Part shown: positions 24,953 to 37,478 of the stretch, piece after piece
How the letters are laid out: each line of letters begins with the position of its first letter
How positions within the stretch are numbered: the stretch's first letter is position 1
Source: Takakia lepidozioides
Taxonomy: Eukaryota > Plantae > Bryophyta
NCBI GenBank assembly: GCA_030704615.1
Contig: CM060731.1
Location: forward strand, 95,356,001-95,420,000
Length of the DNA stretch: 64,000 bases
Direction of reading: 5' to 3'
Made by a program: the position numbers and the translations under genes
The notes under the pieces: generated by a model
What the model saw: the letters and a program-made list of their open reading frames with translations, nothing else
Databases searched by the model: none
Told to the model about the DNA's origin: nothing

Positions 24953-26690
24953 GGAAATACGGCGCCGCATTTCCGTATTGCATCTTGGTCATGCAACAGA
25001 GCGACGGGAATGCGGCACCGAGTTTCCGTCCGGGGGAAACCTTTATACTCTCCAGAACGGAAATGCGGTAACGCATTTCCATCCAGCAAGCACGGTATGT
25101 GAAGGTGGAACGGAAATGCGGTACCGCATTTCCGTTCTGATTGAGATTTATGAACAACGGAACAGAAATGCGGCACCGCATTTCCGTCCGAGTCGCACTT
25201 TTCGACATTCCAAAACGGAAATGCGGCGCCGCATTTCCATTTTGTATCTGATGCATGGAGCTGAGGGATAGAAATGCTGCAGCACATTTCCGTCCTTAAA
25301 AGACATTCATACTCTCGAGAACGGAAATGCGGTACCGCATTTTCATTCACAAGCACGGTATGTGAAGGTGGAACGAAATGCGGTACCGCATTTCCGTTCT
25401 GATTGAGAATTATGAACAACGGGAACAGAAATGCGGCACCGCATTTCCGTCCGAGTCGCACTTTTCGACATTCCATAAAGGAAATGCGGCGCCGCATTTC
25501 CATTTTGTATCTGATGCCTGGAGCCGAGTGCGATTCCGACAGCTTCATACAGCGCAATTCCGACCGGTTGAGACATTCACACTATCCAGAACGGAAATGC
25601 GGCACCGCATTTCCGTTCTGACTGAAAATCGTGAACTATGTGAACTGAAATGCGGCACCGTATTTCCATCCGAGTCGCACCTACCATCATTCCAGAACGG
25701 AAATGCGGCACCGCATTTCCGTTCTAACTGAAAATAGTGAACCATCGGAACTGAAATGCGGCAACGTATTTCCATCCGAGTCGCACCTACCATCATTCCA
25801 GAACGGAAATGCGGTACCGCATTTCCGTTCTGACTGAAAATCGTGAACCATCGGAACTGTAATGCGGCAGCGCATTTCCATCCGAGTCGCACCTCCCAGC
25901 ATTCCAGAACGGAATGTATTAGATTTAAAAGGGAAATGCGGGACCGCATTTCCGTTCTGATGAAATATCCTGAAACATCGGAATTGAAATGCGGTACCGC
26001 ATTTCCGTCGGAGTCCCACCATCCGACATTCCAAAACGGAAATGCGGCACCGCATTTCCGTTTTAATGTGAGGCATGGAGCTGTGGAACGAAAATGCGGG
26101 AAGGCATTTCCGCCAGCGTCAGACGTTAATACTGTACAGAACGGAAATGCGGTACCGCATTTCCATTCTGACTGAAAATCGTGCGCAACGGGTACAGAAA
26201 TGCGGCACCGCATTTTCGTTCGAGTCGCACCTTCCGACATTCTCGAACGGAAATGCGGCGCCGCATTTCCGTTTTGTATATTCGGCCTGGAGCTGTGCTA
26301 CGGAAATGTGTTGCCGCATTTCCATCCATGTGAGACCTTCAACCTTTCCAGACCGGAAATGCGACACCGCATTTCTGTCCAGGTGAGACCTCTATACTTT
26401 CCCGAACGAAATGTGGCACGGCATTTCCATTCATCAACTAACGTATGTGAAGTGGAACGGAAATGCGGCGCCGCATTTCCCTTCTGAATCTCATACATGG
26501 AGCTGTGGGACGGAAATGCGGCACCGTATTTCCGTTCAACAACTAAGGTATGTGAAGGTGGAACGGAAATGCGGTGCCGCATTTTCTTCCAACAAGTACG
26601 GATGTGTAGCAGAGTGATCGTACTTAACGGAAATGCGGCGCCGCATTCGCATTCTCGCTCCAACTCATCAGACGCTGGGACGGAAATGCC
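24953..26690. repeat. Central array of >30 palindromes (AC)GGAAATGCGGYRCCGCATTTCC(GT), ~53-bp period, between the divergent transposase and gene X
   Basis: Sites at 24953, 25059, 25112, 25164, 25217, 25270, 25323 etc.; spacers recur in a higher-order pattern. Confidence 0.95.
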
Positions 26691-26998
26691 TTGAAATGTG
26701 AACACGTGGAGCAACGGAATTGCTGCACATGTCGGCACTCTATCTGACTGAAGGGCCATGAGGCGGCGCGGCCTGACCGTTGGATAATGATGTTTGATTT
26801 TCGGACGGCAGGCGTACCCTCAACGATTCGAATTTCGTAATGACGCAAACTCCACGAGGAGACACTTTCGTCCAACCTTTCGAACCCAAGTGGTGCATCA
26901 CCGCCGTTTCATCTACTTTTGTCGTGTCTCCTCAGTCACCCCTCTCGCGCCCTTTCCATCTGCACTCTTTGCCCCTTTTCCCTCTCTCTGTTCTTCTT

Positions 26999-29900
26999 AT
27001 GCTCGAACCTGAGAGGGGGGGAGTTCGTGCACCAGACAGGAGACCTCGTCGCAAGCTCCGGAAATTATACTTCGGACGTAGGCCAATGCCGAAGGGGAGG
27101 AAGCAGATGCGTCTACAGGAGGAGATTGCCATCTCCGAGCAGCAGGCCACTCAGGCAACCCAGCCACCAGTGAGAGCTCCATGCGATCGGGCTGCGCGCA
27201 GCTGATCGAGCACCGAACCCCCCATTTTGCTTCTGTAATTCTTAGACTGAATGCTAGGAGACTTGAATGCAGAACATGTTTGCATGCCTAACAGGAAAGG
27301 TGGACGTGCTGGAGGGATCGCAGGAATCCGAAGAGCCGCAGGAAGAGTCCGAGGAGCTAGCTGCAGCACGTACACCCACCCGATCCCCGAGCGCGGGTAT
27401 TCCTGCCGGGCCTAGCCCTCTGCGATTCAAAGACGCGTCTTCGAAGGGCAAGTTCAAAGTCGCAGAGATCGACTCGCGTTCTTCGATCATGGAGAATCGC
27501 CAGCAGGGGTCGGGCCCTTCTCCAGCAAAGTCGAAGAAGAAGCAGCCCGTCCCTCTACTGGCTTCTGAACCGGCTCAGGCCGATTCACCCCCCCAACGCG
27601 AATGAAGCAGCAGGGTAGAAGACAGATTCTATTGCAGCAGACACCTTCACCTGCAAGGATGAGGAAGCAGAAGGCAATCAGGGCGACGGGCGAACAATCT
27701 CCCGCAAAACCGCTTCCACGAGCTGAAGCTCAGTTCCTGGAGGATTTCCCGCCTGCAGATCTTGGGGCCGACTCTGCTGCAGCGAAGGCAATGGGATCGA
27801 CCGTTGATCTCGATTTGGTACCGGAAGAGGGTGCTGCCGCTGAACGTTCGCAGGCAGACCTCACCACCGATGAGCTAGCAGGCCCGGAGGAGGCCTCTGC
27901 AATGGCAGAATTGCCCGCACACAGGCCCCAGAGTGCAGCTCCAGTTGAGGATGCTCCAGCTGCTCAGCCACTACCGGCACCTACAGACATGTCTCCGGAG
28001 GATTTCAAAAGTGCAGCGGATAAAATGTTGAGGAGACACACAGTAGCATTGGCAGAGTTCTGGGCAGCAGGGTATTCCAGCGGACTCTTCGAATCCCACT
28101 CTGTCGCATGGTTTTCCCATCGTCAGGCAGGCCCTTCCCGGAGATGTGGATAAGCTCAAGTTCGCATTTCGAGAAGGGTACCGTCTGGGATCGGCAGCGT
28201 TTTACGTCCATTGAGAATGAGGACGGCGAAACTCGTGGACCCACTGCCGATGAATTGTCAACGTGGGATACCCACTGGCACACTCGCAACCACGAATTCG
28301 AGGCGACGCTGAAGGGTGATCCAGACTTCGGCCATATGTCGGGTAAAATGTTCTTTGTGTGGGACGGGAATCACCGACTTCTCGCCTGGTGGGAGTACAT
28401 CAAGCAGAACCATGCCAAGCACATTGGCTGGCATTACATGGTGGAGTGTGTCATCCTCAAGGTGAAGGCGGCAGACTCCTCCCTGCTCAAGAATGCCATG
28501 GCGGACCTCAACTCGTAAGATACTCATACCCTCCCTAGCACGTTCGAAATGCGGTGCCGCATTTCGGTTTCCATTCTGGTTTGTTTCCGTGCTTCCGTGT
28601 ACTGAACTGGAGAGTGTGCCTTGCAGGGTCACTGAGAATGCGTACGTGCATACCCACATGGCACATATGCTGTACAGGGTGAGGAAAACTGGTCTTACTG
28701 ATCCGCAGATGTTTGCGGAAATGCTGGAGCCTGAGCTCATTCAGAAAGCCGTTGCAAAAACAGACCGGACATGGTATCGTCTCACTATGGATGGAATGGT
28801 GGAGGTGATATACAAGTAAGTCGTGCTCCAATTTCCCTCTGCTCATCCTTCCCCAATTTCCAGTAATGTTTCCACATGAATCGAATGTAACGCTTCTGCA
28901 TGTTTTTGTTGGCAGTCAAACATCAAGCTGGATTTGGCCCATGCCAAACGCTTCTTCATGGAAAGTGAGGGGCAGTGAAAACGTTGCAGTCATTGACTGA
29001 GCACTTGAAGGAAGCCGGTGTCAAGTCCAGAACCAAATACAAGTCAAAGCTTGTGAAGCTGGTGGCAATTGCAGATCCGCACTTGGAAAGGACTTCATCC
29101 CCGAGATTGCAAAACACTATTCTCGGGCCATGCAGCCGACCATGCAATTGGAGAAACTGCATCACCTCTCAACGGCATGTGTGGAGGCGAAAGAGAAGGT
29201 GAGGTTTCAATGCACTGAATTCCTTCCTAGCAATAGCCACTCTCTTCCAGCCACTGACATTGGATCGGAATGGCAGACACGGTGGCTGTCGATCTGGAAT
29301 GCATCCGAGAGCATAAGGACAATGTGGTCTTTTCCACTGGAAGTTTCCGACCCTGCAGTGGATGTGTGGCTCAACCGTATGACTTGGTGGTTCCAGGTAA
29401 TTCAAGGTACTTCCCCAGATTTGCTTTTCTGACATGAATTCCCTGAACTGCTACGTGACAATGCATTTGGGAATGGCAGGTAATGTCGAATGCGAAGGAG
29501 CAAGTCGTAATGCACACAAATTCGTTCGGCTTGTACGTCAAATGGGATGGAACACAGACATTGGAAGACTACGTGACACGTTTCAGATGTGCGTACAAGG
29601 ACAACCTTTTCGCCAGAGAGCTACAGACAGCAAGAAGGAGCGTGGAGTTTACACATCATGAGGGAGCGGGGAAAGCTGCAATGCGAATTGTTTACAGGTG
29701 AAGCAGAGCTGCCCTTGTATGCGAAGCCTGGTTACGAGGTTTGTCTCGGAAATGCGGCACCGCATTCGCATTTTATGTTTTCGGTGGCACTCTGCCAGTA
29801 GGTTGGTCTCAACTTTTGCTCACGCATGCTGACTGCCTTGCAGGTATATGAAATACGTGCTCCTTCAGACAGGGGCCCTGGCTCAAGAGCCCCCGTTCTT

Positions 29901-32173
29901 CATGGCTTGGACCGTGGCGGGCCCAAGCTGTGTCTACACACCCGAGATGCAGAAACAATGGCATCCCGCGCATCTCGTTGGATGCCCGTGGTACCTGGAC
30001 ATGTCTGCGGTATTGTTGACGAGTCTGAGAAAGATCTGCATGCCTTGGCAGAAGAGAAGAAAGGAAAGACGTGTCCCTGCTGGGCCCAAGTCGCAAAGGA
30101 ATCTGCTGCTCTGGAAGAATCCAGAAAGGCAGCTGAGATGGCACAAAAGACGGTGGATGCAGCTGTGCAGGCCCAACAGAAGGGTCGAAGAAGAGGACTC
30201 GCCAGCAAGGAGCAGCTGTTGTGACACCCGCCAAAACGAAGAAGCAGAAACAGCCTGTTCAGGAAGAGGGCGAGGAAGAGGACTCCGATGGAGACTTTGC
30301 AACCACCACCCCCCCAAACGCAGGCTGCCTCCCCTGTGCCCACCGTTGTCACGAGAGGCACGAGAACTGGCTCGGCAAAGAGGCACTCTTCAACCCCCCA
30401 GGGGGGCACCCTTCGAGCGGTGGAAATGAAGAGGCCGAAAGTGGCTCCCGAAACATTGTCCAGTGTGTAAATGAGAGTTTCTTGGCGGCTTTGGATGGAC
30501 GGCAGCCAAGTTGGCATACATAAGACCATGGAGGGTCTGAAGGGCAGAGCACTGAAGAAGGCGACTGCCGAAGAGCCTTCCGACACCCCAGGATTTCAAA
30601 TATGGTCTCGTTCTTTGAGAGGGTGTGTGCAGACAAGGATTGTAGGAGGGGCGGAAATGCACGAGTGGTCTTGCGATATGATCATCTTGGATATTCCGGA
30701 CGGAGAGCCTGTGGAAGGACTGCAAGCTTGCCATCTTGGAACAGGTACTCGGAGGACTTTTGGAAGAAAGGATTCGGGCTTGCCCGCATGGTGTTTGACG
30801 ACAGAGGCTGTGTGGTTGTCCTGGCGAGCAGAGGAAAAAACACTCAGACAGGAGTGCGAAGTTGGACCCGCAAGAGCGCCGTCCCGATTCTGAAAAGAAG
30901 TGGAACGTGCATCAACACACTGGGCCTTCGTCGTAAGGGAAGAAGGTGATTACGACACTGGCACTCGTCCATTCATTTGCTTGGGGTGCTTCAAATGCGG
31001 TGCCGCATTCGGTCTAATCGTTTTCCCCCTGTGTATGCAGACGAAGCAGTTCGATGCATACTGCTTTGTGAAGGAAACTCCACCTTTGCTTTCCGGAAGG
31101 AGGGAGGCAAGGTTGACCCGAACTGCGACCACTCGATTACGACGTTCTGTTCACAACGTTCCCAAGGAACTTCTCCCTCATATCCTCACTTCAACGGAAC
31201 CCTGCGGGTACTCAGGACTCGGCGCCCTGCCTTCATTCAGACAATTATGGAGACATGCACAGACGTGGAGGGCACAGTGCTGGACCTCATCTGTGGGACA
31301 GGTATGCAGAATCTTGATCTCTGCTGTTCTGCAAATTCTCGTTAGGATGTAGTTCGCAACATCTGAAGCGCCATGTGGTAATGTGTGGATGGCATTGTAA
31401 CAGGTGCCTCAATGTGGGCTGGGCGGTTTTCCGACCGGCACCTCTTTGCCTACGAGGAGGATTCATCCGTGTGGGGATCCCATCTGGAGGGGCTGCAACG
31501 GAATGTGAAGGCTCCCGACAGAGCGGAAGTCTCCTCGGATTCGTCGGAGTCCGAGGAAGACACAGTGGACATTGATGCAGAGGAGAACCCGGAATACGAG
31601 TGAGTGCAAACATTGTAAGTTTGCAAAGCCTTCTGGGTCATTTATGTCAAAGGAATTTCCCGACTGTGGTTCTCATTAGTCTCGTTGATGATTGTCATGT
31701 GCAGGATTGCAGGGTCCGGGTCGAAACATGTAGGGCCTACACTTCCTGCCAGGAAGAATGTCCCGTTCTTTGCGAGGGCCGACTTCATGACGAGCCCGGT
31801 GAGGGACTACTCCCTTCCTAGTTATGCAGCTAAACTCGCAAATACAGCGATTAGAAGAAGTGAGAATCCCAGTAAAGTAGAGCAGATTTTGGAGAGGGCT
31901 AGGGAGGACAGAAGGATAAGGAAAGAGTTGGCAGCAGCTCAGACAGGTAGACGGGTACGAAAGTACATATGTGATTCAGCGGATGAGAGCGACGCAGACA
32001 GGGAGGAAGACGACCCAACGGAGGTGAGATGGACAGTTCCGCAAGGGGAAGATGGGATTTTCGAAAGCCTGGCCAACGAGCAGTCCGCTGGAGATGAGAG
32101 AGGCATTGAGGGGGTGGAGAAGGAGCAGGACAGTCTAGAACAGGATGAGGATTCGGATGATTTTCAAGATTAA
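26999..32173 (+). pseudogene. Gene X (ParB/Srx-like + MTase-like), copy A2; many 1-bp indels
   Basis: ATG at 26999 (MLEPERGG..); near-identical to A1 but repeatedly frameshifted between ~27590 and 31300. Confidence 0.8.
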
Positions 32174-32309
32174 TAGAATTTTAATGATGTCTCTGTAAAT
32201 GTTAATTCTCTTCCAGAGTATATAAAGAAAATTCTGCCCGACATTCGTGACGCCTCTCCAGTGTGCATTCCAGCCACACAATCGCCCAAACCAGGACGCT
32301 CCCAAAATC

Positions 32310-33080
32310 AGAAATGGGTCAGGGCATTTCCAAAATTTTGGCAACTCTAAGAACCTCTTTTGGAAATGCGGCACCGCATTTCCAAAACAGGGGAGGGACT
32401 AATTTTTCCATTTCAATGTTGGCATAGTAAAAAGTAATCTGAACTGGGAATGCGGTGCCGCATTTCCAAAATTTCCTTTGTCCACACGCCAGTTTTGGCC
32501 TCTCCCGCTCATTGCATGGATGCCACCACGCTTACAGAGGTCGAACAAGGAGGTCGAACAAGGAGGCCGACATGGCGGGATTGAAAATGCGGTGCCGCAT
32601 TTCCATATTGGGGATGGTCGTTGTTCGAACTGCAGGCCCATCAGCAAAAATTGGCACCGCATTCCATTGTAAAAAAAAAGTCGATGACGGACATGGAAAT
32701 GCGGCGCCGCATTTCCAGAACGGACATCGCAATTTGTCCATTTGCAGACCCTCTCTCGGAAATGCGGTAACGCATTCCATCGCGCTGGTCGGAAATAGGT
32801 GCACTTTTCGAAGTGTTGGACGGAAATGCGGCACCGCATTCCCTTGTCCAAAAAGAAGTTTCCATTGCCAAGCTGGAAATGCGTCGCCGCATTTGCAATG
32901 CCAACCTCGTTTTCTGATCAATTTATAGACCCGTGTTGGTATTTCGTCTACCTGGACGGAAATGATGCACCGCATTTTCTTGTCCGACATGGAAATGCGG
33001 TGCCGAATTTCGATGTCCGACATGGAAATGCGGTGCCGCATTTCGATGCGGACATGGAAATGCGGCACCGCATTTCGATC
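32310..33080. repeat. Right-arm family-A palindrome cluster (A2)
   Basis: Includes a run spaced 32-33 bp at 32958, 32991, 33024, 33056. Confidence 0.88.
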
Positions 33081-33592
33081 CCGACATGGCGTTACTCTGG
33101 TATATTCTTGACACATGACTCACATACCGGTTACTCTGCTTTATTCAACCGGACAGACAAATTGTAGAAATGAGACATCAAATTGTAAACAGTGGGCCAA
33201 ATCCGAGAGTTATTCAACACAATGAAACACAGTCATACAGAAGTGAGGTACATTACAGGGCACACTCCAGGGCACATTTAAATTTCCCCCGTACAGGATC
33301 CTGGACCGATGAAGATTGGCTGCTGCATGAATGTAGCCGTTTCAGTTTCCTACCCTGCCATGCAAACTATGGGCACTCACTGCCAGGTGGGCCGATAGCC
33401 ACTGGACACGACGAAGTCCATCCCCTCTTCGATGTAAATGCGGCGCCGAATTTCCATCCGGGGGGATGGACTTCGGTGGCAGATCTCAAACTATAACTTG
33501 TTGATGAGAAAGATGTATGGGTTCATCCACCGCTGGCGTGATGAACACGTTCCACCTCCGTCGGTGGGTACGTGTGACCCAGATGCTCCATT

Positions 33593-34267
33593 TTGGAGGC
33601 CGGACTGCTCTTCCGCTTCGTATCTTTTCCAAAATCTAAGGGCTTCGTAGCTGTCCGCAAGGTCATCGGCATCCAAGTCGTCCTCAGGTCCTCCTTTGCA
33701 AGGATGCCGTGCTTCCGGAACCGGGACGACTGCCCCTTTGGAGGCATCGATTATGCAATGTATTCGGCCACATCGGGAGACATTGTTATCTGGTACACAG
33801 ATTACACAGAAGATACTGGTTCGATTGTGGAAACATTGGTGGCTTTTGAGTATATCGTAGGCCACTACGCCTTCGAGCGGGGTGACGATCTTGGTCTGAG
33901 GAGTCCGTGGCTCCTGCGCATCCTCGATTCCGATTTTCCCAGCTACGACGGTCACCCATGCAGAAGAAGGCGCACTGCTATGCTGTTGCGGTGGAACTGC
34001 TGCCACTGGACGTGGGTGGACTCCATCGGAGAGACCTATTCTCCTCGAGGAGTGCGCTCCTCTTCTCCATTGTATGGGGACATTCGCATTGGTGTGGACG
34101 ACGAAAACGTGAAGATTTCCATATTCGATGGTGGTATGATTGAAGGGCAGGACATTGTGGTGAACATCACTAGGGGCGGTACAACGGCTGCAATCGACTT
34201 TACATGGAGGAGCCCCAGGACTCATGAGCTAGTTCTGAGAGCAGTCGAAGTCCCATTGACAACGTGA
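33593..34267 (+). CDS. ORF-Y1, hypothetical ~220-aa transposon cargo protein
   Basis: Open 224-codon frame, homologous copies in A1 and A3, and paralogous to ORF-Y2 (DYAM..SGDI, FERG, WNCC.WT, YGDIR, DGGMI.G.DIVV, ELVLRA.EVP). Start uncertain. Confidence 0.6.
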   Translation: MEAGLLFRFVSFPKSKGFVAVRKVIGIQVVLRSSFARMPCFRNRDDCPFGGIDYAMYSATSGDIVIWYTDYTEDTGSIVETLVAFEYIVGHYAFERGDDLGLRSPWLLRILDSDFPSYDGHPCRRRRTAMLLRWNCCHWTWVDSIGETYSPRGVRSSSPLYGDIRIGVDDENVKISIFDGGMIEGQDIVVNITRGGTTAAIDFTWRSPRTHELVLRAVEVPLTT

Positions 34268-34800
34268 CTTGTATTCAGTAGGCACAGGGCTCAAGATTTG
34301 AGGGCACAATCAGCACAGTAGACGTGCTTCAAATGCAATTCATGTGGATCAATAAAAACCTCATTGTGCCCTCTTTTTATTCTATTCTGTGTCCATCGTT
34401 CCGAGAATGCGTCATTGCTCATTTCGTTTGGGATTGGGAGTGTGGGTGAATTTTGCAAATGGCTGGTAGGCTGAAATGGGCCCCCATTGTACAGAGCAGT
34501 ACCACCCTACCATTCGCGAAACATTGCCTTTCAATATATAATTCTAAATAACATTGCCGAACCTCCTTCATCGGGAGGTCCTTCTCCCCCTATGACCGTG
34601 GCACCCTAAACCCTATTCCCGCGGACACTCATTTCCGGAAAATAGTGCTGCTCATGTTTTTTTCCACACTTACGACTCTGCTCATGGCTCATGCCGCTCA
34701 TGGCTCATGGCTCATGAAATAGCAGCCCCCCTTCTACTCTAGTAGGGGGTGGATTCATTGTATTTTTTCAGGAAAGCGATCTGATGGAGAATCTCCACAA

Positions 34801-37140
34801 GTGACGTCGAATGCGCAAGAGCAGCTGGACACACAAGCACATCAGTTCAAGATGGAGATATCTCCTGCAGCAGAGAGCCTACGCGACTATGTGACGAGGT
34901 ACTTTCTGCTCTACAAAACCAACCTATTCTTTCGGGAGATAGCAGATGCTCGCCGGAGCCACGAGTTCACCGACCAGCCGAACGCGGACAAAGCAGCAAT
35001 GCGCCTTCTGTACAGGTACATACGCGTTGCCTTTCTTTCAAGTCCTTGCATTTCAGGTTGTTAGAGGCCTCATGTGGTGTTAGGGAAAATGGCGCTGAAT
35101 TTCCAGTCAGGGCTCCGAAAATAGCTAAGTCCATAGACTGACTGGCACTGAACTCGAAATTCGGCGCCATTTTCCAGTTCCAGGCCTTATTGCCCTTCAG
35201 GGACTTAGCCATTTTTGGGCTAAGTCCCTAGGGTGGCTGGCCCTGAAGTGGAAATTCGGCGCCATTTTCCAGTTCTAGGGCCTATTGCCGTTTAGGGACT
35301 TATCCATTTTCGGGCTAAGTCCCTAGACTGGCTGGCCCCGAACTGGAAATTCGGCGCCATTTTCCAGTTCTAGGCCCTATTGCCGTTCAGGGACGTAGCC
35401 ACACAGCAAGTCTCTGGCGGAGCAGAAGGGGAAAGCCAAGAAGAGGGCTGGCGGTACAGAGCCTAAAGACACCCCTGGTTTGAAGCCATGATGGAATTCT
35501 TCACGGCTGTGAGCACGGATTGCAAGAGCACTCGGGGGGGGGGGGGGGGGGGGTTGAGGTGGAGAGAGCTTGCGACATGATTCTCCTCGACATTCCAGAT
35601 GGGGAGCTGCTGGAGGGCCTGGATGGTGTGCCCACCTGGAACAGGTTTACTGAGGACTACTGGAAAGCCGGGTTTGGGCTGGCGGGGATACTTCTGGATG
35701 ACGGTGGATGTGTGGTTGTCCTTGCCACGAGAGGGAAGACCACAGAGAATGTGGTGGCAAGGTGGACACCAAAAAGTGTCACCCCGGTCCTCCTCAGAAA
35801 ATGGTTCTGCATCAGTACACAGGGGTTGCGAACAGAGGGCCAAAGTGTAAGTTATCAATCTATTGCATTCACTTCATATTGTGGTGTATGTTAAGTAGAC
35901 CCTGGAGTTGATCCCTTCTTTGTTGGATGTGCAGACATTGGTGTTTGAGGCATATTGCTTTGTGAAGAGAGGGTCTACGTTCAAATTCCGCAACGACGGT
36001 CGTCTTGTTGATGCCGCTGTGGACCCTGTAAGCTACGATGTCCTCTACAACTATGTGCCCCACTCCAGTATGCCGAAGGACACAAAGACAGGCAAACCGT
36101 GGCGGTATAGCCAGACCCGGAGCCCTGCTTTAATCCAAACCCTCATGGAGACGTGCTCGGATGTCCAAGGGCGGATTCTGGACTTCACATGCGGCACGGG
36201 TAAGCCTTCACGTGCTCAGTTTGTCCCTTGGCCCGATTGCAATTGCATGCCGCAAGCTATTAACCGCCCGCTTTGTTCCTCAGGTGCTTCAATGTGGGCA
36301 GGGACGTTGTCTGACAGGCATGTGTTCGCCTTCGAGCCAGATACTGCCCTCCACAACTCGGAACTTGCAGCAGCTGAACGTCTGCCGAAAGAGGAAGAGG
36401 CATCCTCGGAGGATGAGGCAAAATCCGAGAAGGAGCAGGGGGAGGAAGTTGGGATCGAGGCCGAGGAGCCCCCGGTTTATGAGTGAGTGGTGGCATTGTA
36501 AGTTGCCTCCAGATTTCGTGAGGCACCTCCCTCCGCTCTCTTATTTCATTGAAACCCCTTTCTGGTTGTGCTGGTATTGACATTCTTGAAGTGGATTTGT
36601 TCTTACTGTAGGATGCCAAGTACTGCCGGAGGGACGTCTACACCGGAGTTCATGGGCAGGAGGAACGTGCCTTTTTTTGCCAGGGGGGATTTCATGCCTA
36701 GTCCAGAAAGGGAGTACATCCTTCCTACTTATGCTGCCTGGATTGCTTCGGTGTCCATTAGGAGGTGTTCCGAACCTAGTCGTGTACAGCAGATTTTAGA
36801 CGAGGCAAGCCTCAAGAAAATGAAGATGAGGGAGGAGGCAGCAGCTATTAGAGCCCGTTGGGCTCGTAGATTTGTCTTGGATTCTGCTGAGGAAAGTGGG
36901 GGAGAAGACGCAGAAGATTCCCAGGAGGTGAGGTGGACAGTCCCCCAAGGAGAGGACGAGATTTTTGAGAGGCATAGTGGAACTGATGCATCACAGAGCT
37001 CGGAGGATGAGGGGGATGAGGGGGATGAGGAAGAAGGTGGGGGCAAGTTCCTCGGAGGGTGTAGGAGAGTAGTGCCCATTCCGGCTATGATAGTTAGAAC
37101 ACACTTGTATAGACGTGGCTTGCCACAAAATTTGCAATAA
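34801..37140 (+). pseudogene. Family-B gene X, 3' exons (MTase-like domain and acidic tail)
   Basis: DMILLDIPDG, YSQTRSPALIQTLMETCSDVQGRILDFTCGTG, ASMWAGTLSDRHVFAFE, last exon NVPFFARGDFM..EVRWTVPQGED; deletion near 35400 and a 20-G run at 35534-35553. Confidence 0.8.
35085..35400. repeat. Intronic 95-bp tandem repeat carrying the family-B motif GAAATTCGGCGCCATTTTCC
   Basis: Motif at 35156, 35251, 35346; shares GGGACTTAGCCA with the family-B left-arm repeat. Confidence 0.85.
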
Positions 37141-37300
37141 AATGTTGCATTTCAAGTCCACTGGTGCCACATTCCAACTTACATGACCCTATTTCCGTGC
37201 CTCTTAACCCTATTTCCGTGGACTCACAATGGTCTGCTCATGTTTTTTTTTTTCCCGCTCATGCTCATTCCGCTCATGAAATAGCAGCCCCCTTCCCCAG

Positions 37301-37421
37301 TATGGTCGCCAAATGTCGAACGGCTTTTGCTCACCCATCCCTTCGCTATTCGAGGTGGAAACTCCAAGATAGAAGAGTTGGATATTTCTAAGCACTCAGC
37401 CCGCTCAGTACAATCAGTCAT
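37301..37421 (-). pseudogene. 5' part of retroelement ORF0 (continues at 14500)
   Basis: In-frame rejoining across the TTCCCCAG TSD. Confidence 0.65.
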
Positions 37422-37478
37422 GACCTACAGCTAGTGAATCATGGTTGTGCTTCCCATTTGTATTCCTTCTTGCCTTCA

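Larger units (their letters stand above)
20065..34730 (+). mobile_element. Full-length MULE-like DNA transposon, family A copy 2 (14,666 bp)
   Basis: Left TIR GAGGTTTACTATTTCATGAGC (20065-20085), right TIR 34710-34730 (17/21 match), 8-bp TSD CTTCTACT (20057-20064 and 34731-34738); inserted in an intron of family-B gene X. Confidence 0.95.
14501..37292 (+). mobile_element. MULE-like DNA transposon, family B (internally deleted; contains nested A2)
   Basis: Left TIR GAGGTTAGCTATTTCATGAGC (14501-14521), right TIR 37272-37292, perfect 8-bp TSD TTCCCCAG (14493-14500 and 37293-37300); same gene layout as family A. Confidence 0.92.

Noticed and set aside
24953-26690. CRISPR-like appearance (palindromic ~22-26-bp repeats with ~30-bp spacers)
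   Set aside because: Spacers recur in higher-order blocks, repeats also occur singly in introns and arms, no cas genes are present and the context is eukaryotic.
24655-26759. Long ORFs full of EMRCRIS / KCGAAFP / GNAAPHF peptides (also 5186-6297, 44422-46166, 51589-52897)
   Set aside because: Translations of the palindrome array in all six frames; no evidence of real coding.
27590-31300. Dense 1-bp indels in A2 gene X as targeted inactivation or programmed frameshifting
   Set aside because: Many are single-base losses in short runs while substitutions versus A1 are few, so consensus error cannot be excluded without reads.
35534-35553. 20-G run as a functional G-quadruplex
   Set aside because: Single homopolymer expansion of a short G-rich codon stretch in a decayed copy; could also be a sequencing artefact.
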